Positions 13,901 through 24,772 of a DNA stretch of 64,000 nucleotides are shown here, piece after piece; position 1 is the first letter of the stretch, and each line of letters opens with the position of its first letter. A program made the translations under genes and the position numbers. Source of the stretch: Tubiluchus corallicola (taxonomy: Eukaryota; Animalia; Priapulida). The stretch is taken from positions 124,001-188,000 of the forward strand of contig JAQGDQ010000394.1 in assembly GCA_030141605.1 (NCBI GenBank), in the 5' to 3' direction. The notes beneath the pieces are model-generated. The model was not told where the DNA came from. It searched no databases and saw only the letters and a list, made by a program, of their open reading frames with translations.

Positions 13901-15052
13901 ATTTGTTATTCTTAAAAACGTAATAAAATTTAAAGCTAAAAACATACATTTTTGACATACATTTGGTATTTGATCTATTTCTAAAACTTGCCACTGTTCA
14001 ATACAGTTTAAAGACATTTAGCTTACATAGAAAAGTAGGTTTGAAATATCTAGGCTGAGAATATTCTAATTTTTGTTTCCAAAGAAATCTTCCCGTTTCC
14101 AAAAACCTTTCTGAGTTTTGAAAATGCTGGTAATGCCTTAATCTTCCGACTTGATATGACCTCTTCTGTTGCAAGCAAAGTATCAAGATGTTTGCAACTT
14201 TCCATGATTCATCACCGTTACGTGTCGCGTGAAATTTTTCAGTTTTTTGTTTGGTTTTGTTTTCAGATTTCTGTCTATTGAACTTCTATAGTGTTAATTG
14301 AGTAATTCTAATGTGTCTATTGCAGGAATATGGGAAACTTCTTTAAATTTAAGGAGGTGGAGTTGGGGTTGTAGTCGTGGTTACAGGCGGGGTTGTAGTT
14401 GTGGTTACAGGTGGGGTTGTAGTTGGGGGTTTGGGGCGATAGCGGCGGGGTCGACGACGGTGGTGTGGAATGTACCGGGGTCGAGGTTTAGTTTGTTTGT
14501 CTATTACTTGCTTAAAGTTGAATGTCAAATCTACCAAAGCTTTGTACGTGTCCAGAAACTTCGGAGAAGAGACCAGTGAACACATCTCTGGGTCATTTCC
14601 AACGGACGGACAAGTGGACGGCAGGAGGTCAAAACTGACACTCCCTTAGATTTCGATATGGTTTCTGTCCCAAGCGACAATGTCTCCAGAGGGGTTATTA
14701 CCTATCATTTTAGTCATTGCCTCTGTTGAAGACATGAACAAGCCAGTCATTCTCCAGGGGGGTTGAAGCATGTCATGTTTATACTTTCTAAACGAAAAAG
14801 AAAACAATTAGCTTAATTAGAAAAGTAGGTTTGAATTATCTAGGCTGAGAATATTCTAATTTTTGTTTCCAAAGAAACCTCCCTGTTTCCAAAAACTTTG
14901 AATTATAACGTCAAATTCGAATTAATAAAACTCTAATTCGTTATAATCAATGTCATTTGCAGAATGAACAATTTCAAATTTCTTACGCGTGTGCGTGCGT
15001 GTGTGTGTTCTGACCGATTCTAACTTTGTAAATATAATGTTTGTGGCCTAGG

Positions 15053-16285
15053 CAAGGTCTACTATACAACAGGACGTGTACGGTCAGATGTCTGTTTCCG
15101 CCAGCGGAGGCGGTCTATTTTTAACATTTAGTGCTAATAATTTGGACATATTTATCCCCCCTGGTGACCTATAGCATGCCACAATACATCATATAACTCA
15201 TTCATCTAGTAATTTAAAAACAGTGGTACCTATGATATCCCCCCCCCCCCCAAAAAAAAACACCATATCTGCAACTCATTGTGTCCCGAAGATTACCTGT
15301 CACTTTCTATAGAGAATAATGCACTCACCATTTTGCAGAGATGTTTGCAACAACTAGTCGGCTAGTTGCGCCTTCTTAATGGAGGTCTGGTAAAGGGCTG
15401 AGTTCTGCTGGTGATCCGTCTCCAAATTGTGTAGTCCATGCAGCAGTACATTCGCCAGGCGTCTCAGAGCATTTCTTGAAAATTCTCCAAAATCAAAGTA
15501 GGCATTGATTATGGAGAGGATGTTCATGAGCTTGTTGCGGCAGCAGACTGTGTGAGTTGACTTCTTCACAAAACACAAGCCAGTTCTTACGAATTCGAAC
15601 GTGAATGTGTGGGGCACTATAAGATCTCCCCTAGACACTTCTTCAATGAACATTTTCATTTCCTCAGAAAGGAGAGGCTCATCCTCGGGAAAAGAAATGT
15701 CATTTTGGCACTTACTCTCCAACCAACCTGCAAAATATGCACACGCGTTCAGTTCAGTTTTGGAAAGAGTCTCGTCAACACAAATCTCCATAATTTTGGC
15801 ATCCTCGAAATCAATCCCATTGCATGTGTGCAACTGGATTTTGGATGATATGTCTGTGTCCACAAACTCCAGGAATGATGCAGAGAAACACGCCAGTCTC
15901 CGCTTGAATGCTGAACAGACATCTCCAGCTTGCATGAATGCATTGGTCCCCCTTGACTGCCTGTAAACTGAGAACTCACCCTCTATTCTGTCACTCTGAA
16001 GTTCATGCAATGATACGTAGTGAAATCCAACAGAAAACAAGTGCCTACAGATAGCGAGGAGTCCCTCCGTGGTCTGAATCAAAGCTTTTCGCGTATCATG
16101 TGTCAGGCATTCAATTCTTTTTGGTCCGTGTCCTGATTCGGTTTGCTTAAACAGAGTCAACAACGACTGAAGAGTATCAGATGTATCTTGTTGAACAGAT
16201 CGATCAGGGTCTCTCATCCTAGTGTCTTGACCTCTGGCAGAAACATTTACCACATTCCACCAGCGTAGCACTTGCTGAATGAATT
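15053..16285 (-). mobile_element. Truncated P-like element copy, D1 haplotype (open frame 15354-16285)
   Basis: Same motifs; ends KKAQLAD*; shares the VSLHELQ, TNAF and YFAG variants with the 2.6-kb copy. Confidence 0.8.
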
Positions 16286-16372
16286 CTGTCAGAGAGAAAA
16301 CTGGCAGGTGTGAACGTGCCATCAAAATGACAACAAAATGGTACAGATAAATTCAATTTAATACTTTATTAC

Positions 16373-16458
16373 CTATCATATTAGTCATTGCCTCTGTTGA
16401 AGACATGAACAAGCCAGTCATTCTCCAGGGGGGTTGAAGCATGTCATGTTTATACTTT
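16373..16458 (-). pseudogene. 86-nt host exon in module A (present in ~12 copies)
   Basis: ttttcgtttag|AAAGTATAAACAT...ATGATAG|gtaataa, with one open frame KYKHDMLQPPWRMTGLFMSSTEAMT(K/N)MI. It is followed by an 87-nt intron ending ttttctctctgacag. Other copies include 2043-2128 and 5198-5283. Confidence 0.7.
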
Positions 16459-16700
16459 CTAAACGAAAAAGAAAACAAACTGTTACTCTTTGAATTATAA
16501 CGTCAAATTCGAATTAATAAAACTCTAATTCGTTATAATCAATGTCATTTGCAGAATGAACAATTTCAAATTTCTTATGCGTGTGCGTGCGTGTGTTCTG
16601 ACCGATTCTAACTTTGTAAATGTAATGTCTGTGGCCTAGCTTATCTTAATTTTGTATCTTAGCTATTTTATACATATATGAATGTCGAATATTTTAAAAG

Positions 16701-17636
16701 TTTGATCTCATCAGTAACCTGATCAACAATATCCTGTGACAGATCGTAAATTCTACGCTGAATAGTATCGTTTGATAGGGGTGTCTTTTCAACAGCTTGT
16801 CTCTCCTTTTCACCACAGACAGCTCCAACCATAGCCAATGCACACGGTTTGATTAACGTTTCTCCAATTGTGTGGGCTTTCTTCGCTCTGGCTATATTAT
16901 ATGCAACTTGGTACGATGCCGTCAGGACAGGCTTCTTCGGAGCAACAAACCCGAACGTTTTCACTGTGGCTGTAGACTGGAACCGAGCTCTCTTCTGCTG
17001 CATACTCTCTTTTGAGTCACCAACATTGGCAGTATGCATGGTCTGTAAATGTTGCTGTAGAATAGATGGCTTCATGCTCTCATTGCACAGAACTTTGCCG
17101 CATATAAAGCACTGTGGCTTTTCGGTACCATCATCTTCGCGTTTCACACAAAATCCGTATGAAACATAATCGTCCAAGTACTTTCTCTTCTTGAGAGGCA
17201 TCGTTATGGTGATAAAAAGAACGGCTTTTAACTCTCTTGATAGTACAGCAGTATAGCGAGAGTAATAATCTAAATGACTCATGGCGCATCTACTGATCAC
17301 CATCTCTCACGCCCACACACTAGTATGCAGTCCCAGATTCCAGGAAGTTGATTGTGATTGTAACAAGTTTGAGGACCGTTCCCATGAGAAAGCCACCAAC
17401 ATGTCAACTAGCTACGTCAGATTCAATAACAATGCATGGGTATGGGTAACAATATGCTTTGATCTCACTGTGACACTGTCTTTAGGTTCATCACATGGTC
17501 ATATCGCTTAATACATCACTCTGCAATCTAATAACAGGCGTGATCTAACAAATAGGTGATTTTTTTCTTCTGAGTGTAAAGTCCCATTAACCCCCAGAAT
17601 TGGTGCCATTAATTAACCCCCGGTTGAGAAATCTGG
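16701..17636 (-). mobile_element. 3'-truncated hAT Buster/Charlie-type (ZBED5/SCAND3-like) element: 5' TIR and N-terminal transposase with BED finger
   Basis: ORF reads MPLKKRKYLDDYVSYGF...KPQCFICGKVLCNESMKPSILQQHLQTMH...ASYQVAYNIARAKKAHTIGETLIKP...PLSNDTIQRRI and breaks before the catalytic LQLDESTD region. TIR-like (C)CAGATTTCTCAACCGGGG at 17617-17636. The flank tcctaact fits the Buster NNNTANNN target. Confidence 0.85.
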
Positions 17637-18265
17637 TCCTAACTCATGGTAATACGTAGGATAGTGTACTAGAGAGCATACTTACAGATTATTTGGCTAG
17701 ATCTTTGTTTGTTTGTTTGCATTGTTTGTCAGGGTTGTTTGTTTACTATCTGATAAATATGTAAATAATATATGTCGGCATTGTAAATAATTGTTTCTCT
17801 TTCCATAACAGTTTAATACATATACAACAATCCTGTATATAATGATGTATCGCTTTCTGCTTTTCATACTCTCTTTTCTGGCTTTGTTTAATAAAGAAAA
17901 TCAAGAGAAAAGCTTATATAAAAACAAAAAAGCAAAGAAATAAAGAAAATGATTTAATTCAACATTAACATGTTGTTTGCTAGCTCAAACGATCGTTTCG
18001 ACAGCAACTGTCATTTTCGATGCTATAAACAAATAAAAATGTAAATAAAGCCAGAACAAATAATAATAATCTTTATAATTTTCTATACAAAAGAACCGCT
18101 TTCTAAGTTGTGGTTATATTCTGACAATTCGAATTATGTAATTGTCTCTTGTGATTATGTAATGATATTATTTATTTTATGCCTTGAATAGAAGTGTCAT
18201 AATTGTACTACTCTTTGTTTTGAATGCTTGATCTATAGCATGCCAACTTGGTAACAGTAACTCAC

Positions 18266-19483
18266 TTGAAACCACACCTTATGCATTATCAACGTTCACC
18301 TAGTAGTCTGTAGTTAGTGGCAGATCAAAACCTGTCATGCATTAACATCATATCAATTAAAAGCCACCATATGCAAAAAACTCAAGTCACCAACACAAAA
18401 CTACCATAAAGCACCCAATTTCGATTTCAGTTTGTAAATATTGTAATGTTTTAAAGTCTTAAAGTGTCTTAATTCTTAATGTAATTAATAACAGTCTTAC
18501 ATGTGTTTTTAATTGTGAATTCATTTTGTTGTACAATACTATTTCTCACAGCAGTGGAAACACTGGTTATGCTATCAATTTTTGAATGTGTAGTTTACAG
18601 TTCAACGATGCGTAATTTTAACAGCAATAAAGAATTTTATTTTATTATTATTATATTACTATTTTTAACCTCGATTATATCCAGAAAAATGGCATAAAAA
18701 ATAAGTAATATTACGTTGATATATAATTATAAATTTTGACCACATTTGATTTAATTTTGACTGTGAAGGTCTCATTGAGGTTTATAAAAACTGGCCAGAA
18801 AGGAAAATGCTGTTTCAGAAAATTTGACGTCAGTTGTTATATCACTGTTTAGAAGAAGTGAAAAGAAAGGTAATTGTAATCAACTAGGGCCTGTCTCATT
18901 AAGGCATATTTTCCTTACCGTTTTCTAATGTGTTATGAGCTTTCCTAACCTTCGAGGCAAGATGTGGAAGTTTGGCAAATTGTTTCAGACCCTTGTCAGA
19001 GTATTGACCATCAGTTCCAGTGCTTAATGTCAGCAGAAGCATCAGAACCTGAAAAGATTAATGATTTAGCAAGAAGCTAAAATTAATAATTATGATATGA
19101 TTATGATATTACATGTACTAGTACACATTTTACAAAATGTAGTTACGAGAATTTGATTACTTTAACAAAGAAGCGTAAAGATATCTAATTTATTTTATTT
19201 TTATTTATTTATTTATGAACTATTTATTTAGATGCATCTATGAACAGAAGTCTAGGGACTTATAAATTATGTCCATTAAAAGATTGTAAAATTTATCGAC
19301 AATGTGTGGGAAGGTAAAATGGATGTAAAACTGCTTAGTATGATAAAATTGTATAATTATGGTAAAAAAAATACATATTACATGATTTCTCGAATCACAC
19401 GTTTTCTAGTAAATATTTTTTTTAAAGTTTCATTTATTTAAAATACTCACTTGTTTTATTTTACTGGATAAATTATTCCACAT
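18266..19483 (-). pseudogene. Putative 5' exons of the secreted (pentraxin-like?) gene from which the array derives
   Basis: Exons with canonical splice sites: 19451-19483 (MWNNLSSKIKQ|gtgagt); 18919-19048 (VLMLLLTLSTGTDGQYSDK..., signal-peptide-like); 18266-18331 (GFDLPLTTDY*VNV, with stops, resembling the pentraxin N-terminal LPLRTNY). They are on the same strand as, and upstream of, exon A. Confidence 0.45.
18509..18665 (+). repeat. Dispersed repeat ending in (ATT)n; second copy at ~21173-21325
   Basis: Shared ctcacagcagtggaaacactg...tttgaatgtgtag...aagaattttatt followed by a microsatellite tail, SINE/LINE-tail-like. Confidence 0.55.
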
Positions 19484-19600
19484 TTTAGCACCATTGTACA
19501 TGACAGAATGTTTCATATGCACCTAGGGGTATGGAATTTGTGGTATTGTCGAGTTTGGTATGAATACATACTCTGCTATTATAATTGAATATACTGTGTT
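19190..19600 (-). mobile_element. Degenerate 3' end of a CR1/L2-type LINE
   Basis: SYQTRQYHKFHTPR and KHSVMYNGAKMWNNLSSKIKQ match the LINE ORF2 C-terminal H-x-Y-x-T-R...Y-x-G-x-K-x-W-N-x-L motif; an (AATA)n tail follows at ~19190-19216. Confidence 0.5.
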
Positions 19601-21295
19601 ACACACTAAAGGAAGAACCAACCCTTGAACAGCGTTTATTGCTTTTTAATGTACAATTGAAAATATTGAAATCACAGTAAAAAAGAAATACAAACTATTT
19701 CAGCGTGGAAGTAAAAAAGAATTTTTGCAAAAGCCAGGCAACACCGCCTGCATATTTTGCATTTAATTACAATATCGATTTGCATTATGATATAAACAAA
19801 TTTGTTTACTCTCCCTGACGCGAGGTTCATTTGACTGTTCAAAATTCAAAACGAAAAAATCATAGTTTGTGCATGACGTAAGCAAAATGAAAATTCAATG
19901 TCTGAAATTAACCTCATATTTGACTTCATTTAATTTGTGAAGTTACGAGCAAAGTTTGCAAATTAACAATGAATCACGCTGTCACACTGACGAAACTTGT
20001 CCAGTATGTATTATAACAAAATAGTCAGTATCCTTCATGCAAACTCTACATAGACTTTAAAGTGTCTACATAGACTTTAATTAAGCATAATCACATTTGT
20101 CCAAATATTAAAATGAAATATAGAACTGAAAATGAAAAAGAGAAGAGAAAAAAATGAAAAAACATCAAAAGACGAAAGAACAAGTGCGCGATGAATGAAA
20201 TACATGATTGTGTGAGCAATTAAATTGTAAGAAATAACAAATTCACTGTGCAAGATGCAAAACAAGTGTTTCTTACATAAACGCATCAAGTACGTTTGTG
20301 TAAGTTTAAAACAGTACTGCTTAAATACGTGAGGTCACGAAAATGGGCTCTATATCATATGACGTCAGAAACTAACACTGCAGTTCATGATCATGGTTAT
20401 CACGGTGCCGCCTTCTATTTGTCGGCCACGCGAATTTGACAAAAAGGTGCCGCTGCCAATCTTAGTAGATTCACTGAGCCGCGTGTAGCTTTGAAAGTTT
20501 AACAAAATTTGAGTATCTGAGCTAATTATTATTTAATCTAAGCTTTGATTTAAAATAAGCTATTGTAGTTTCCAATATTTTAGAGCATTCTTTATTCGGA
20601 ACTAATGTTCACGCACTCATCGGGTTTTCCTTTGAACATCCGAAAATTATTGGCAATTTAATATAATTACCGCTGCAGAAGTATAAGCTATATACATCGG
20701 TATGTGCCTACAGTAAGCGATATGAGCGGTGCTCACTCTGCTAGGCACAGCTGATGCCACGTTATCCTAAGACACCACAAGCACTAAGCTAAGCAGCGCC
20801 TATATATAAGGAGAAGGAAAAGCAAAGCATTACTTCTTCTTACTTCTTCTTAGCTTTTTGGACGCCGCTTTGTTTGCTTGAACAAGCGGCTTGGAAAATA
20901 GAATAAAAACTTATTTGTTTATTTAATATTTATTTAGTAATTATTTAGTAAGATTACAGTTTTCTTTAATATTTTAGTTTTTGCACATACCTTTAGGTTA
21001 AGGAATTTGATAGGAGGTAATGGACTACATTCAAGTGTGTTGCATAAAAGAGACAGAATAATTATTGATGCTATAAGGTTAATTCAGTATGATTTTATTT
21101 CAAGAAACTGCAACGTTCAAGTGTTTTGTATAAAAGAGACTCGTGTAATTAATTGAAACCTCGCTTGTGTTTCTAATTGTAAATTCATTTTATTGTACAG
21201 CACTGTTGCTCACAGCAGTGGAAACACTGATTATATTATCACTCTTTGAATGTGTAGCTTAACAGTTCTATTATGTGTAAAGAATTTTATTATTA

Positions 21296-21326
<31 letters not shown>

Positions 21327-21723
21327 TATATCGCTAGCTACGAAGACTTCACTATATGATGACGTAAATTTATTAAATTTTTTTAATTATCAGCCTGCAA
21401 ATGGAGGCACTCTTTATATATTATTGCATCATAATTTGTTCAATAAAAGAATTTTATTATCGCGATTAAGCTAGACAACATGTGACTCGGCCACAGTTCT
21501 ATACAAAAATTACAATTACACAAACTATCAGACGCTATCAGTGGCAATCTGATACTAACAATAACAGTGAAAGAATTTTATTAGCTTTGCTAGATGCTCT
21601 AACATCTAAAAATGATTCATGACTGATCAATACTGCAATTCACACGAATCAAGTCTTAAACAACTTCTTAAACTCATTATATTCATTATATAATGAATTT
21701 TATTACATTTTTATTAGAAAAAT

Positions 21724-21765
21724 CCAACGTTTCCACTGCAAACTAGCAGCCATCATCAGGTGTAT
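21724..21765 (-). ncRNA. Hammerhead-ribozyme-like motif (Penelope-type)
   Basis: Minus strand reads cCTGATGA-tggctgc-tagttt-gcagtg-GAAAC-gtt: conserved core and stem II, but an imperfect cleavage triplet and stem I. Confidence 0.4.
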
Positions 21766-24700
21766 TTATTCCCGCTTAATATAAATCAATAATATTTCAT
21801 ATTTAATATTGTTTAATCGGGAAAACTGCAGACGCAAAACCATTGTTCTGACGTCATCCATTATACTCTGCCTATAACTTTAATTCAGTAAAAGCTGCTG
21901 CTGGCTTTGCGTTATAAATGAGGACTATGTAGGATGTTTGCGTATTTTTAATTATACGTGTATTTATACGCAAAATTTTTTGCGGGGCCCTTGCTAGTCT
22001 ATATATTAATTCTACTAGTATATATATATATATATAGATAAGATTCGAGGCTACATCTCCAACGACGGCACCATTTGCAGCGATCTATACATCAAGAGAA
22101 ACGTCTCGATCTAGTATCGTGCCATTGGGGGTTTATTTTTCGAATCGGGCCCACCGGAAGGGACGGGGTGTGAAAACCCTCCAAAAATGGCCATTTTTCG
22201 GCCGTTTTTTGCAAAAATTATACGCCTGAGATCTAGAGAACGGGAAGGGGCCAGGGGCGGTGCCGGCTATGGATAGATAGCTCATTCAGCGGTGGGTGTC
22301 ATAGGCATATTTAGAATTCGCAAGAGGGCCACGGCGTCCCGTAACGGGCGTTTTCCCGGACCCACCTCGCCTATTTTTTCGAAATTTTGGTCAAACAGCC
22401 TGCAGAAAAAACGTTCTAGCGGCGCTTGGTGCGACTTTCGGAAGGAGTTATATAGCTATTTAGAAAGAGGAAGAACGGGGCTACACGATGACGTGGGCTG
22501 CATTTAAGGACACGTCCCCCGGCATTTTTTTGCATTCGTATTGCGACCGTTGACTCTTGTACATGGGGAGCAGCTTCTTTTTTCTGATGATCTTGGAGTG
22601 CTTCCTGCTTCTTTGCTTTCTGCTTGTCTCTTGCTGGGTGTACGATATTTTTGCAATCTTGCTTGAAAATATTTGTAGTTATGCATAAGTTTGAGTAATT
22701 GCACGTAATGTATATCTCATAGTTTTAGTAAGTCAAGTTGAACGTACGGTGGTGTTGCCCTATCCTGTCTACTTGAAAAGGTAATGTATTTAACTATTTT
22801 GTTTTGTGCTGTGATTAAGGATTGTAATACATTTATTTGTGCTCTGCCCCAGCAGGTGCTGAAGGTATGGGTAAATTAATGAGTAATACGTCGTTTTCAG
22901 TGTATTACGCAAGGAATACAGAAGTTTACAAATACAATTTGAGCATATGCTTTCATGCAGCCCTTACTATTTCTGGTGCCTTTGCTACCTTTCAGTATGT
23001 CTGTACTATAGGTTGGTCAGTATAGCGAGCACTGTCTTATATAGTGTGAGAAGTTAGACGTTACAATGGATACAGTAAAATGTTTTTAACAAAATTTTTA
23101 TGCTTCAATTAATTATCTCATCGTAGTTTTCAACGAAGAGTTCCTGGAGAATGGAAACAGGCAGTTGGAGAATTGCAGAAGGCAGGCGAAGGAAAGATCT
23201 GTCATATTGCTAGGTACTTGTAACACAAAAATTGAAAGCTTTTTTACATTTTCTGCCCACAGAATTCTGCCTGCCCAATGTCTTCAATAGACGCGACGTG
23301 CGTATGATGATGATGATTTTTACATTTTTTGTTCTGGGTTTTTTGTTTTATTGAGTACTTGCATTGTAGTATTTTATAGTTTGCAGATCTGTTGTCCAAG
23401 AATTGCTTAGAAGTGGAAATATGAAAAATAGCAAGTATTGACTTTTTTGAATCGACATAGTTTCTATTTTCCGATAATCTGATTTTCAATCTTTTCATGC
23501 AGATTGGAGAATGGCTGCGACGAAGCCGGTACCTAACTCAGTCTTGAAGCTCTGCCTCTAAGACGATCAAGGAAGCCAGCAAGGATCCACGTTCGGATCA
23601 AAAAGTGTTACAACATAGCTTGTATCATCGGCCGCTATGCATGCTGTATTCTTTCATGCTTAATAAAGCAGTTTGAAATAAAAAGATCCCAGTTGTAGGA
23701 GGTAAATAGACAATAAAAAATGTAAAAATAAAATTGAATTGATATTATAATATTACTCTATGAAATTATTAGGCAGCGAAATTTGCAGATCTTTTGTCTT
23801 TCAGCAGTAAAATAAAGTGTCAAATGCAGATTCTTTACCTGGATTGGGCATATACACATTCATTTTATTTATAATAAAAAAATCAACACTTTTGCTTTTA
23901 TCAAGAAATCATTGCCACACTTCACTCATTCCAGAAAATAGCTCAAAAACAACTCGATTTTTTGTTTGATTTGGAGTTTGTGTTGATTTGATTTTTTGTT
24001 TGATGTGCGTGATAAATTGTACATTTTGAAATGATTAATTCTGTTAATTAGTTTAATCCCTTTTTTCTCTAGCAGTCAGTGATGTCTGGGCTAATTGATC
24101 AACAAACTGAAATTGGGTTTTTGGAGGTCTTGACTTTCTTTCTAAAAGTCATACAAAACTGAATGAAAATCAAACCAGCAATGATTCTGTAAAATAGTCA
24201 TCATAACAGTTAAATATTCAAACATCAGAGTCATCTGGTGAGTGTGTTAGAAATTATCTGCTTCTTACCGATCACTATGCCCGGGAGGAAAAAACAGTTT
24301 TGCAACAGGACAACATAGTTAACATCAGCTGCGATGCCCCTTGGGGTACCTCTTCCAGATTTATCTCTCGGGATGTCAGCGATGTGGCAGACCAAGACGA
24401 AGTCTCAAGAAAAATGTTACGACGAGACGAATGAGAGTGTAACTTCCTTCACATGTTCACGAGCAGCAGAAGTTGGTGGTACTTTCAAGTGTGAGCAATG
24501 TCAAGCAGTTTCCTGAGATTGTGGGAGATTAAGCAGCATCTACTGATACATTACCCAGAAAAACCTTACAAGGGCAAAGTACAAAACCGTTTTGCAAGTT
24601 ACGTAACTTGTCGACACATTTAAAAAGACTTTCTGAAAAAACTACCATTACTTCTAGAAGATCGGCCAACCTAAATCGGTGTCCAGTTACAAATAAAAGA

Positions 24701-24772
24701 TAAAAGTCATGTAATTGTACTAGGTGCAGTATTTCAGCTTGTCAGCTCATTTTTCTAAAGGATTACTAAAAA

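Larger units (their letters stand above)
1..18191. repeat. Modular chimeric tandem array (modules A, B, C, D, E); probably continues left of the window
   Basis: Order read from the sequence: BC-A-E-IA-BD-IA-BD-IA-BC-A-BD-IA-BC-A-BD-IA-BC-A-E-IA-BC-A-BD-IA-E (I = short intron). B starts (caaggtctactatac) at 19, 2315, 3877, 5470, 6863, 8449, 9767, 11351, 13626 and 15053. C starts at ~252, 5704, 8684, 11584, 13861; D at ~2549, 4113, 7102, 10006, 15288; E at ~1307, 12662, 16641. Copies are near-identical. Confidence 0.95.

Noticed and set aside
1-16640. CRISPR-like or integron-like repeat-cassette system
   Set aside because: The context is eukaryotic, the cassettes are only three recurring kb-scale types rather than unique spacers, and there are no cas or integrase genes.
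19985-20005. CTGACGAAAC...GTC as a hammerhead ribozyme
   Set aside because: No stem II; too short to exceed chance.
20860-20892. gccgc...gcggc hairpin as a terminator
   Set aside because: Eukaryotic DNA; more likely a TE subterminal hairpin, and it cannot be classified.
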